Below the pieces are notes generated by a model that saw nothing but the letters and a program-made list of their open reading frames with translations, was not told where the DNA came from and searched no databases. The position numbers were made by a program, and so were the translations under genes. Positions 11,711 to 20,255 of a stretch of 64,000 bases of DNA are shown one piece after another (position 1 is the stretch's first letter; each line of letters starts with the position of its first letter). The stretch is from an uncultured delta proteobacterium. GTDB taxonomy: Bacteria; Myxococcota_A; Polyangia; Haliangiales; Haliangiaceae. The stretch covers positions 288,001 to 352,000 of the forward strand of contig CAWKDB010000010.1 of assembly GCA_963848295.1 (NCBI GenBank), written 5' to 3'.

Positions 11711-13331
11711 AGGGAGCGCGCCGCGAGGAGCGCATCGCCGGAATTTCGGTGCCGGTACGCAGGTTTCGCTGTTTGTGAAGACAAACGAATTTGCCCACGC
11801 ACCGACGACACCGTGTATTCCACCGATCGAGCTTCAGTTCCAGCGCCGCCGCGCGATTCTGAGTGCTGACGCCGAACAGGTGTCCTCCGATGGCGGCGTC
11901 GTGCTGCTGCGCAAGCTCGACGAGCGGTTGGAGCTGACGACGCGTCTGACAGCGTTACTCGGCGATCGGCGCGACTCAGCTCGAGTTCGGCATTCGCGCC
12001 TCGAGCAAGTCCGGCAGCGCGTCTATCAGATCTGCCTCGGCTACGAGGACTGCAACGATGCGGACTGGTTGCGCCACGATCCGGCACTTCGCCTGGCGTG
12101 CGACGCCGAAGATCACGCGATGTCATCGCAGCCGACGCTGTCGCGGTTCGAAAACGCGATCACCGGTCGCGAGCTCAATCGGCTGACTCGCGCCTACGAG
12201 CAGGTCTACGTCGACGAACTCGTATCGACGACCGACCTGATCGTTCTGGACATCGACTCCACCGATGACCAGACCCACGGCAACCAGGAGCTCATGTGTT
12301 TCCACGGCTTCTACGACCAGCACATGCTTCACCCGCTGCTCGTGTTCGACGCCCTGAGTGGGCAGCTGATCACCGCCTTGCTCCGGCCCGGGCGTGCGCA
12401 CGCCGCCAAGGGTGCGATCACGATCCTCACGCGGCTGATTCGAGCCATTCGCCGACGGTGCCCCCACGCAAGCATCCTGGTGCGCGGTGACTCCGCGTTT
12501 GCGATGCCCAAGCTCCTCGATCGCCTCGAGCAGCTTGACGCCGAGCTCGGCGACGTCGAGTACGTGATCGGTGTCGCGAAGAATTCGCGGCTGCTGGAGT
12601 TTGCCAAGCCGCTGCGGTCCTCCGTCGAGGAGGAATTCCTCGACGGCAAGCGATTCGTTCGCCGCTTCACTTGGCTGTCGTACGCCTCGAAGTCCTGGCC
12701 CGCCGAGCGCCACGTGATCTGCAAGGTCGAGCACAGCGAGCGCGGCGAGAATCCGCGATTCGTGGTGACCACGCTCGACGAGTTCTCCCCAGGTCTCATC
12801 TATGACGTCGCCTACTGCGCACGCGGGCAGTCGGAGAACTTCATCAAGGACCTCAAGAACGCGCTCCACGCCGATCGTCTGTCGTGTCACCGCTTCGTCG
12901 CCAACGCCTTCCGTCTCTTGCTGCACGCCATCGCCTACCGCTTGATGCATGCGTTGCGTGCCACCGTCGCGCGCGTCGCCCCTACCACCGAGTATGTCTC
13001 CACCGATCGCGTTCGGCTCGCAACCGCCCAGATGGACACTCTTCGCTTGCGGCTACTCAAGGTCGCGGCTCACGTCACGGCATCCGTCCGCCGCGTCCTC
13101 GTCCGCCTGCCGCGAGCCTTCCCGCTCGCCCACATCTTCTTCGCCGTGGCGCGCGACCTCGGCGTCACGTAGTCGGCGATTCTTTGACAACCAGTGCGCC
13201 GCCTCCCGGATCGCCGACCGTTGCGGCGTGGCGCCGCGGCAACGATGCGAGCTCGCGACGTACCCTGACCGTGCGCGAGGCGGCTCCGCCGCCAAGCGCC
13301 GGTCAGCTGGAGCCATCACGAATGATCCGGG
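11695..13331 (+). mobile_element. IS1380-family insertion sequence, 1637 bp, apparently intact
   Basis: Left end CCCGGATCATTCGCGA (11695-11710); right end TCACGAATGATCCGGG (13316-13331); 15/16 inverted match; flanked by CTAG direct repeats (11691-11694, 13332-13335); one transposase ORF. Confidence 0.93.
11775..13172 (+). CDS. IS1380-family DDE transposase
   Basis: SSDGGVVLL, GYEDCNDADWLRHDP, SQPTLSRFEN, LDIDSTDD, LVRGDSAF, YCARGQSENFIKDLK motifs typical of IS1380 (DDE_Tnp_1_4). Confidence 0.93.
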   Translation: MKTNEFAHAPTTPCIPPIELQFQRRRAILSADAEQVSSDGGVVLLRKLDERLELTTRLTALLGDRRDSARVRHSRLEQVRQRVYQICLGYEDCNDADWLRHDPALRLACDAEDHAMSSQPTLSRFENAITGRELNRLTRAYEQVYVDELVSTTDLIVLDIDSTDDQTHGNQELMCFHGFYDQHMLHPLLVFDALSGQLITALLRPGRAHAAKGAITILTRLIRAIRRRCPHASILVRGDSAFAMPKLLDRLEQLDAELGDVEYVIGVAKNSRLLEFAKPLRSSVEEEFLDGKRFVRRFTWLSYASKSWPAERHVICKVEHSERGENPRFVVTTLDEFSPGLIYDVAYCARGQSENFIKDLKNALHADRLSCHRFVANAFRLLLHAIAYRLMHALRATVARVAPTTEYVSTDRVRLATAQMDTLRLRLLKVAAHVTASVRRVLVRLPRAFPLAHIFFAVARDLGVT

Positions 13332-13335
13332 CTAG
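13316..13335. repeat. IS right terminal inverted repeat plus target duplication (CTAG)
   Basis: tcacgaatgatccggg-ctag. Confidence 0.9.
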
Positions 13336-14702
13336 AGGATGTAGCGTGTCAGATCTTCGTCCGCGACAAGCGCGCCGAGCCGCTCGCGCACGTACGCCGG
13401 CGTGATCGGAATCGTCTGCTTGCCGATGTCGGGCGCGTTGTAGAGCAAGTCGTCGAGAAGGCGCTCGAGCACGGTGTGCAACCGGCGCGCGCCGATGTCG
13501 TGGGTGCGGCGGTTGACGTCGGCCGCGATCTCGGCCAACTCGCGGATCGCCTCGGGTGTCCACTCGATCGTCACGCCCTCGGTCTCGAGCATCGCGGCGT
13601 ACTGCCGGGTCAGCGCGTTGTTCGGCTCGGTCAGGATCCGCACGAAGTCGTCGGCGGTCAGCGGCGTCAGCTCGACCCGGATCGGGAACCGGCCCTGCAG
13701 CTCGGGGATGAGGTCGCTCGGCTTCGCCATATGGAACGCGCCCGCCGCGATGAACAGCACGTGGTCGGTCTTGACCGGGCCGTACTTCGTGGTCACGGTC
13801 GAGCCCTCGACGATCGGCAGCAAGTCGCGCTGCACGCCCTCGCGCGAGACATCGGCGCCGTGCCGCTCGGCCTTCGTCGCGATCTTGTCGATCTCGTCGA
13901 TGAACACGATGCCGGCTTGCTCGGCGCGCCGCACGGCTTCGCGCGTCGCCGCGTCGTTGTCGATCAGCTTCTCGACTTCCTGCGCGGTCAGCACCGCCCA
14001 CGCCTGCGGCACCTTCAGCTTCTGGCGCTTGGTCTTGCGACCGAACGAGCCGAGCATGTCCTTGAGCCCGCTCATCGCGGATTCATCGATGCCGGGCTGG
14101 CCGCCGAGCACCGACATGAACGGGTTCGAGTCGTCGGTCGTCTCGACCTCGACCTCGCGGTCGTCGAGTTTGCCATCGCGCAGCATCGCGCGCAGCTTCT
14201 CCCTCGTCGCGCTGCTCTCGATCGGGGACGGCGGCTCGCCCGGTCGATCGGTGAATCCGCGACCGCTCGCTCGCGGCAGCAGCAGATCGAGCAAGCGCTC
14301 TTCGCCGGCTTCTTTGGCGCGCGGGCGGACCTTCGCCGCTTCTTCGTCCCGCACGAGCTTGACCGCGACCTCGACGAGATCGCGCACGATCGAATCGACA
14401 TCGCGCCCGACGTAGCCGACCTCGGTGAACTTGCTCGCCTCGACCTTGAGGAACGGCGCGCGCGCGAGCCGCGCCAACCGCCGCGCGATCTCGGTCTTCC
14501 CGACGCCGGTGGGCCCGATCATGATGATGTTCTTCGGCGCGATCTCGTCGCGCAGGTCGCCTTCGACCTGCTGGCGGCGCCAGCGATTGCGCATCGCGAC
14601 CGCGACCGCGCGCTTCGCCTCGCGTTGCCCGACGATGTACTTGTCGAGCTCGACGACGATCTTCGCCGGCGTCAGCGCGGACTCGCCCTCGAGCAAGTTC
14701 AT
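13332..14702 (-). CDS. hslU: ATP-dependent protease ATPase subunit HslU
   Basis: [55 protein letters not shown]-terminal DLTRYIL; ATG overlaps the hslV stop. Confidence 0.98.
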   Translation of the reverse strand: MNLLEGESALTPAKIVVELDKYIVGQREAKRAVAVAMRNRWRRQQVEGDLRDEIAPKNIIMIGPTGVGKTEIARRLARLARAPFLKVEASKFTEVGYVGRDVDSIVRDLVEVAVKLVRDEEAAKVRPRAKEAGEERLLDLLLPRASGRGFTDRPGEPPSPIESSATREKLRAMLRDGKLDDREVEVETTDDSNPFMSVLGGQPGIDESAMSGLKDMLGSFGRKTKRQKLKVPQAWAVLTAQEVEKLIDNDAATREAVRRAEQAGIVFIDEIDKIATKAERHGADVSREGVQRDLLPIVEGSTVTTKYGPVKTDHVLFIAAGAFHMAKPSDLIPELQGRFPIRVELTPLTADDFVRILTEPNNALTRQYAAMLETEGVTIEWTPEAIRELAEIAADVNRRTHDIGARRLHTVLERLLDDLLYNAPDIGKQTIPITPAYVRERLGALVADEDLTRYIL

Positions 14703-15247
14703 GGCAGCTCCTCGATCGTGAGGCTGTCGTTCGTGTAGATGCAGATCTCGGCCGCGATCTTCATCGCGGCCTCGGCGATCGCGCGCGGCGCGAGCTCGGT
14801 GTGGCCCATCAGCGCGCGGGCCGCCGCGAGCGCGTAGCTGCCGCCCGAGCCGATCGCGCACACACCGTCGTCGGGCTCGATCACGTCGCCCGAGCCGCTC
14901 AGGATGAACGTCGCTTCGGCGTCGGCGACGATCAGCATCGCCTCGAGCTTGCGCAGCGCCCGGTCGGTGCGCCAGTCCTTCGCGAGCTCGACCGCGGCGC
15001 GCCGCAGCGGCGAGCGTTGCTCGCGCAGCTTGTCGTCGAGCCGTTCGAACAACGCGATCCCGTCGGCGGCCGAGCCGGCGAAGCCACCGATCGCGCGCCC
15101 CTCGCCGAGCCGGCGCACCTTGCGCGCTCCGCCCTTGACGACGGTATTGCCGAGCGTGACCTGGCCGTCACCGGCGACGACGACCTGCGCCCCGCGGCGG
15201 ACGGAGAGGATCGTGGTCGAGTGGATGTCGGGCTGCTTCACCCACAT
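14699..15247 (-). CDS. hslV: ATP-dependent protease peptidase subunit HslV (start may be GTG at 15241)
   Basis: [41 protein letters not shown]. Confidence 0.97.
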   Translation of the reverse strand: MWVKQPDIHSTTILSVRRGAQVVVAGDGQVTLGNTVVKGGARKVRRLGEGRAIGGFAGSAADGIALFERLDDKLREQRSPLRRAAVELAKDWRTDRALRKLEAMLIVADAEATFILSGSGDVIEPDDGVCAIGSGGSYALAAARALMGHTELAPRAIAEAAMKIAAEICIYTNDSLTIEELP

Positions 15248-15259
15248 CGTCTAGCACGG

Positions 15260-17455
15260 TCACAGCCCGCTGGGCTCGGGTTCCCACCATCCGAGCAGGT
15301 CGAAGCCGCTGAAGTTGTAGACCAACACCGACGTCGGGAACGGGAACGTCTCGGTCGCATAGGCGCTCGGCGCGAGGTTGACCGGCGCGTTGATCGTGCC
15401 GTCCCAGTGCGACAGCGTGCCGGTCGAGCTGCCGATGTAGAGGTCGTTGTTGCCGCGCGGCGCGAGGTGCGGCCCGGGGTAGATCGGCAGCGCCACCCAC
15501 GACGTGCCACTCCACTGATACTCATTGCCGCCCTCGACGTCGAGGTACATCGAGCCGTCGAGCCCCGCTTGGAAGTAGAACGCGCTCGAGATGGGGCTGC
15601 CGAGCGCGCCCCAGCCGGTCGCGTCGGTCCATTGATAGAGCGTCTGTGCGGTCGATGACGCACCCATCAGCGCGAATGCGCCATTCGGTGTGACGACGAA
15701 CCCGCTGATCGACACGCCCGCGGGCGGCGGCTTCGCGACCCAGCTGCTGCCTTCGCGGCGATACACCGCGTACACGGTCGGATCACCGCTCTCGGTCGCA
15801 GCCCAGATCTCACTGCCGTACGATCCGAGCACGGCGACGCCCGCCATGTCGGCGACGTACGAGCTGCTACCGGTGTCATAGCGGTACATCTGACCGATGG
15901 CCGCGACGAAGTGCTCGCCCGACACCGGCCCCGCGATCGTTACGCAGTACCCGTGCGACCACGGGTGGCTGATCGCCGTCGCGTTCGGCGCGTACGCGAT
16001 CAGGTTGCTGCCGTCGCACGTCACGAGCGTTCCATCGGGCTCGAGGCTGAGCGACGTCACTGGAACCGTGACCCACGTCGGTCCGAGTCGCCAGGCGGTC
16101 GCGACGCCGTACGCCATCACGCCGCCGTCGCCAGTCCGGACAAGCTTGGTATCGGCGAAGTACTGCGGCGTCGGCAGCGTGACCCGCAAGCCTGCGATGT
16201 GCGCGAACGGGATCGTCTCGTTCACCTCGGAATAGCCTTCGTAGTCGAGCTCGGCGATGTTGCCGTTCGCCGCCACCGCGAACGACGTCGCCGCACTGAT
16301 GTAGTTCGCCGCACCGGTCGTCGCGTCGTACTCCTCGACCTCGCCCTGCGCGCAGCCATCGTCGCCGCAGTCCGGGCCCGAGCCGGCGCTGCCCGAGCCT
16401 GCGCCGACGACGATCGCGGTCGTGCCGCGTAACCCGATCTGACTGGGCGTTGGGCCGAGCCAGCTCGCGGTCATCCAGCCGCTCGGCGTCGTGTTCCACG
16501 CCACCGTGGTCGACGTCACGACCGCGAGCATGCCGGCCCATGCATCGATCGCGACACAGCCGGTCAGCGGCGGTCCGGCGACCGAGGTGACCGAGCCAGC
16601 ACCGGTGATATCGAGCTTCTGGATCGCGCAGCTCGCGTCGATCGTATAGACGGCGGTGCCGTCCGAAACCGCAGCGATCACCGCGCCGACGCCGGGCAAC
16701 TGCGTCCAGCCGCCGACGTCGTAGCGCCAGCTCTCGCTGCTGCCGATGCCGAGCAGTGCGTCGGGCGTCGCGGCGACGAACGCGACGGTGCCGAGGGTCT
16801 GCGAGTCACTGCCACCGTCGAACTGGACCGCGAGCTTACCAGCGTCGATCGCGATCACACCATGGCGGTTCCCGTTGACCGCCGAGACTCTAGCGGTGTT
16901 GTCATCGAACTCGTCGATCCACCCGTAGAACCCGCAGTCGTTCGCGATGTCCGGCGCGCAGAACTTCGAGCAGCCGAGCGCGCCGTAGTCGCGGCCGTAG
17001 TACGCGCACGTCGATGCCGGCGGTGCGGTGTCGCACAGCTCGCCGGCGAGCGCTTGTACGACACCGTCGCCGCAGCGACCGCTACACGTCGACTTGTCGT
17101 AGTCGCACACCGACGTGCAGGTGACCGAGCCCTCGTAATAGCCGAAGTCCGCGCACGACACCGGGACGTCGCTGCCATCGCACGCCTCACCGGGTTCGAG
17201 CACGCCGTTGCCACAGACGCTCTGCTCGCACGCGCCGTCCGCGCACACGCCGTTCGTCATGTCGTAGCTACACGCCGTACCGTCCGCCGCCCCGGAGCAC
17301 GCCGCGAGTTGGTCGGCGGTCGCGCAGTGAATCGCATCTCCGCTGCCGACGCACTCCGCGCCGGCGGGGCAATCGATGTCGCCGCAGCTCGTGAGGTTCG
17401 GCTCGATGCAGCTGGCAAGCGCGATCACGAGGCAGCCGGCGACCGCGAGCTTCAT
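15260..17455 (-). CDS. Large lipoprotein with myxobacterial Cys-rich repeats and probable beta-propeller region
   Basis: MKLAVAGCLVIALASC lipobox; CGNGVLEPGEACDG and CGDGVVQ...GELCD repeats; W-x-G-x-x-W repeats in the C-terminal half. Confidence 0.8.
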   Translation of the reverse strand: MKLAVAGCLVIALASCIEPNLTSCGDIDCPAGAECVGSGDAIHCATADQLAACSGAADGTACSYDMTNGVCADGACEQSVCGNGVLEPGEACDGSDVPVSCADFGYYEGSVTCTSVCDYDKSTCSGRCGDGVVQALAGELCDTAPPASTCAYYGRDYGALGCSKFCAPDIANDCGFYGWIDEFDDNTARVSAVNGNRHGVIAIDAGKLAVQFDGGSDSQTLGTVAFVAATPDALLGIGSSESWRYDVGGWTQLPGVGAVIAAVSDGTAVYTIDASCAIQKLDITGAGSVTSVAGPPLTGCVAIDAWAGMLAVVTSTTVAWNTTPSGWMTASWLGPTPSQIGLRGTTAIVVGAGSGSAGSGPDCGDDGCAQGEVEEYDATTGAANYISAATSFAVAANGNIAELDYEGYSEVNETIPFAHIAGLRVTLPTPQYFADTKLVRTGDGGVMAYGVATAWRLGPTWVTVPVTSLSLEPDGTLVTCDGSNLIAYAPNATAISHPWSHGYCVTIAGPVSGEHFVAAIGQMYRYDTGSSSYVADMAGVAVLGSYGSEIWAATESGDPTVYAVYRREGSSWVAKPPPAGVSISGFVVTPNGAFALMGASSTAQTLYQWTDATGWGALGSPISSAFYFQAGLDGSMYLDVEGGNEYQWSGTSWVALPIYPGPHLAPRGNNDLYIGSSTGTLSHWDGTINAPVNLAPSAYATETFPFPTSVLVYNFSGFDLLGWWEPEPSGL

Positions 17456-17480
17456 GCGACCAGTTTCTCATGTTCTCGAT

Positions 17481-17523
17481 TCGAGCCGAGAGATGTGGGC
17501 GCAGCGTGCACATCGTGGCTCGA
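17481..17523. other. Imperfect stem-loop downstream of xerC
   Basis: TCGAGCC..GATGTG / CACATC..GGCTCGA inverted repeat; no clear U-tract. Confidence 0.35.
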
Positions 17524-17530
17524 TCGTCGA

Positions 17531-18499
17531 CTACGGCCGCGGCTTCGCCCGCGGATGGGCCTCGTCGTAGACCTTCATCAGGTGATCGAGCGAGACCTTC
17601 GTGTAGATCTGCGTCGACGCGAGGCTCGCGTGACCGAGCAGCTCCTGGATCGAGCGCAAGTCGACACCCTCGTCGAGCAAGTGGGTCGCGAACGAGTGGC
17701 GTAGGCCGTGCGGGGTCGCGCTCGCATGCACGCCCCCCGCGATCGTCCAGCGCTTGACCATGCGCTGCACCGAGCGCGAGGTCAGCCGGCCGCCCGTCGC
17801 ATTGACGAACAGCGCGGTCGAGCTCGCGCCCAGCGCGCGCCGCACCGGGACGTACGCGGTGAGCGCGCGATCCGCCGCGCCCCCGAGCGGCACCTGACGC
17901 GCCTTGCCTCCTTTGCCGCGGCGGACCATCACCATCGGCGTGCCGTGGCGATCACGATCGATATCGGTCGTGTCGAGCGCGCACGCTTCGGAGACGCGCA
18001 AGCCGGTGCCGTACAGCAGCTCGAGCAACGCCTGATCGCGTAGCCGCAGCAGATCGTGACGCGCCGCCTCGCCGGTCGACAGCGCGCGATGCGAGACCCG
18101 GCCGGTGGCGGTCGGCGCCTCGACGAGACGGAACGCATCGTCGACATCGAGCGCGCGCGGCAGACCACGCGGTTTCTTCGGGCCGCGAATCGCGTCCGCC
18201 GGGTTGCCCTCGAGCGCGCCGCGCTTGACGAGGAACCGGCAGAATGCGCGGATGCTCGACAGCTTGCGGCCGATCGTGGCCGGGCCGTTCGCGCCGTAGA
18301 GCGCCGCGAGCTGGCCGCGAACCTCGAGCGCGCTCAACCGCGCGAGCGCCAGGTCACCGCGCTTGGGGTCGCGCTTCGCGCGCAAGTGGTCGCGCAGCGC
18401 GGTCGCGTCGCGCATGTAGACCTCGACCGTGCGCGGCGAGTAGTTGCGCTCGACCGCGAGGTAACGGTCGAACGCGGCGAGCGCGGTGTCCCAATCCAA
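17531..18499 (-). CDS. xerC: Tyrosine recombinase XerC (start approximate, TTG)
   Basis: ERNYSPRTVEVY, LELLYGTGLRVSE, GKGGK, TPHGLRHSFATHLL, IQELLGHASLASTQIYT; located between trmFO and hslVU. Confidence 0.93.
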   Translation of the reverse strand: MDWDTALAAFDRYLAVERNYSPRTVEVYMRDATALRDHLRAKRDPKRGDLALARLSALEVRGQLAALYGANGPATIGRKLSSIRAFCRFLVKRGALEGNPADAIRGPKKPRGLPRALDVDDAFRLVEAPTATGRVSHRALSTGEAARHDLLRLRDQALLELLYGTGLRVSEACALDTTDIDRDRHGTPMVMVRRGKGGKARQVPLGGAADRALTAYVPVRRALGASSTALFVNATGGRLTSRSVQRMVKRWTIAGGVHASATPHGLRHSFATHLLDEGVDLRSIQELLGHASLASTQIYTKVSLDHLMKVYDEAHPRAKPRP

Positions 18500-18545
18500 G
18501 CCGGGAGGATCGCGCGGTCGCCTCGGGCGGGCGAGTTTTCGCCAC

Positions 18546-19928
18546 TCACGCGGCCGTAACGACGGATCGTCCGGCGAGCCAGGTCGTGAAGTCGGCGTGC
18601 GCGCGCTCTGCCATCCGCCGCTTGCGATTGTCTTTGCGCTTGTCGGGCAGTGGCGGCAACAGGCCGTAGTTGACGTTCGTCGGCCCGTACTTGTAGCCGG
18701 GCTCGCGCGCCGCGGTGACGTGCGCGTACAAGCCGCCGAACATCGTCGTCGGCGGCGGCGCCGCGAGTCGCGTACCGCGCAGCTCGGCCGCAAGCATCCA
18801 CGCGACGAGCAGGCCCATCGCGCACGACTCGATGTAGCCCTCGACGCCGGTCAACAGGCCCGCGAACCGCACGCTCGGTCGCGACCGCAGCTCGAACGCG
18901 GGGCCCAGGCGCGCCGGCGCATCGATGTACGTGTTGCGATGGATCGATCCGAAGCGCAGAAACTCGGCCTTCGCGAGCGCCGGGATCAGCTGGAAGATCC
19001 GCTGCTGCTCGGGATACGCGAGCCGGGTCTGAAACCCCACCAGGTTGTACGCGGTCAGGTAGCGATTCTCCGGCCGGAGCTGGACGACCGCCCATGGGCG
19101 AAAGCCGGTGCGCGGATCGCGCAACCCGATCGGTCGCATCGGCCCGAACCGCAGCGTCTGGGGGCCGCGATCGACCATGACCTCGATCGGCATGCAGCTC
19201 TCGAAGTAGCGCGGCTCCTCGAACTCGTGCGGCAACACCTTGCGACCGCCGGCGACGGCCGCGACGAAGTCTTCGTACTGCGCCTTGTTCAGCGGACAGT
19301 TCACGTAGTCACCGACGCCAGAATCCCCTCCGGCCGCGCGCTCGCCATCGCTGTCGCGACCGGGCGCATCGGCATCGCGGCCCCAGCGCGACGCGCGAAA
19401 CGCTTGATCCCAATCGATCGACTCGGCTGCGACGATCGGTGCGATCGCATCGTAGAAGTACATGCGATCGCCGCCGAGCTCGCGCCGGATGACGTCGGCG
19501 AGCGCGCCTTCGGTCAGCGGCCCGGTCGCGACGATCACTGGATGGTCGGGCAGCTCGTCGATCCGGCGGCGCTCGATCCGGATGTTCGGGTGCAGCGCGA
19601 GCCGTTGCGTGATCGCGCGCGCGAACCCGAAGCGCTCGACCGCGAGCGCCTGCCCTGCCGGCACTCTGTGCTGATCGGCGCACGCGATCACGAGCGAGCC
19701 CGCGCGCCGCAGCTCTTGCTTGAGGAGGCCCGCCGGCGCGACCGGGTCGTCGCTGCGCAGCGAGTTGGAGCACACGAGCTCGCCCAGCAGCGGCGATTGA
19801 TGGGCCGGCGACATCGCGCACGGCTTCATCTCGACGAGCGCGACCCGCAGTCCAGCCTCGGCGAGCTGCCAAGCGGCCTCGCAGCCGGCCATCCCGCCGC
19901 CGACGACGGTGACATCGATCGCGGTCAC
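18546..19928 (-). CDS. trmFO: Methylenetetrahydrofolate-tRNA-(uracil-5)-methyltransferase TrmFO (Gid)
   Basis: VVGGGMAGCEAAWQLA, ELVCSNSL, YFYDAIAPIV, YNLVGFQTRL, GVEGYIES. Confidence 0.96.
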   Translation of the reverse strand: MTAIDVTVVGGGMAGCEAAWQLAEAGLRVALVEMKPCAMSPAHQSPLLGELVCSNSLRSDDPVAPAGLLKQELRRAGSLVIACADQHRVPAGQALAVERFGFARAITQRLALHPNIRIERRRIDELPDHPVIVATGPLTEGALADVIRRELGGDRMYFYDAIAPIVAAESIDWDQAFRASRWGRDADAPGRDSDGERAAGGDSGVGDYVNCPLNKAQYEDFVAAVAGGRKVLPHEFEEPRYFESCMPIEVMVDRGPQTLRFGPMRPIGLRDPRTGFRPWAVVQLRPENRYLTAYNLVGFQTRLAYPEQQRIFQLIPALAKAEFLRFGSIHRNTYIDAPARLGPAFELRSRPSVRFAGLLTGVEGYIESCAMGLLVAWMLAAELRGTRLAAPPPTTMFGGLYAHVTAAREPGYKYGPTNVNYGLLPPLPDKRKDNRKRRMAERAHADFTTWLAGRSVVTAA

Positions 19929-19951
19929 GCCTGCGACGATAGCGCAGGCGG

Positions 19952-20251
19952 CTAGCGATCGAGCAAGCGCGCCGACGGAATCCCGTCGCGCATGCCCGCC
20001 GTCCACATGTGGCGTGGCACGAGCGGGCCCCTGTCACGCCGCAGGAACTCGCCCCGGCAGGCAGAGCAGCGATAAAGCGACTCGATCCAGCGCTTGCCAT
20101 CGGGCTCGAACAATCGGCGTGTCGCGAGGTGGCGGAGCAGCTTGGTTCCACAGCTCGGACAGGGCCGGCGGCGTAGCGAGAACGCAGCACCGGCGAGAAA
20201 CGCGGCGTAGGTCACCGCGAATGCGCCGACGATCGCGCCGACCTCCCACAT
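19952..20251 (-). CDS. Small membrane-anchored zinc-ribbon protein
   Basis: N-terminal hydrophobic helix, CPSC...CSAC, fills the gap between topA and trmFO on the same strand. Confidence 0.65.
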   Translation of the reverse strand: MWEVGAIVGAFAVTYAAFLAGAAFSLRRRPCPSCGTKLLRHLATRRLFEPDGKRWIESLYRCSACRGEFLRRDRGPLVPRHMWTAGMRDGIPSARLLDR

Positions 20252-20255
20252 CGAG

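Noticed and set aside
17531..18499. Tyrosine recombinase as a phage or island integrase
   Set aside because: Sequence and trmFO/hslVU context match chromosomal XerC; no att or dif site recognised.
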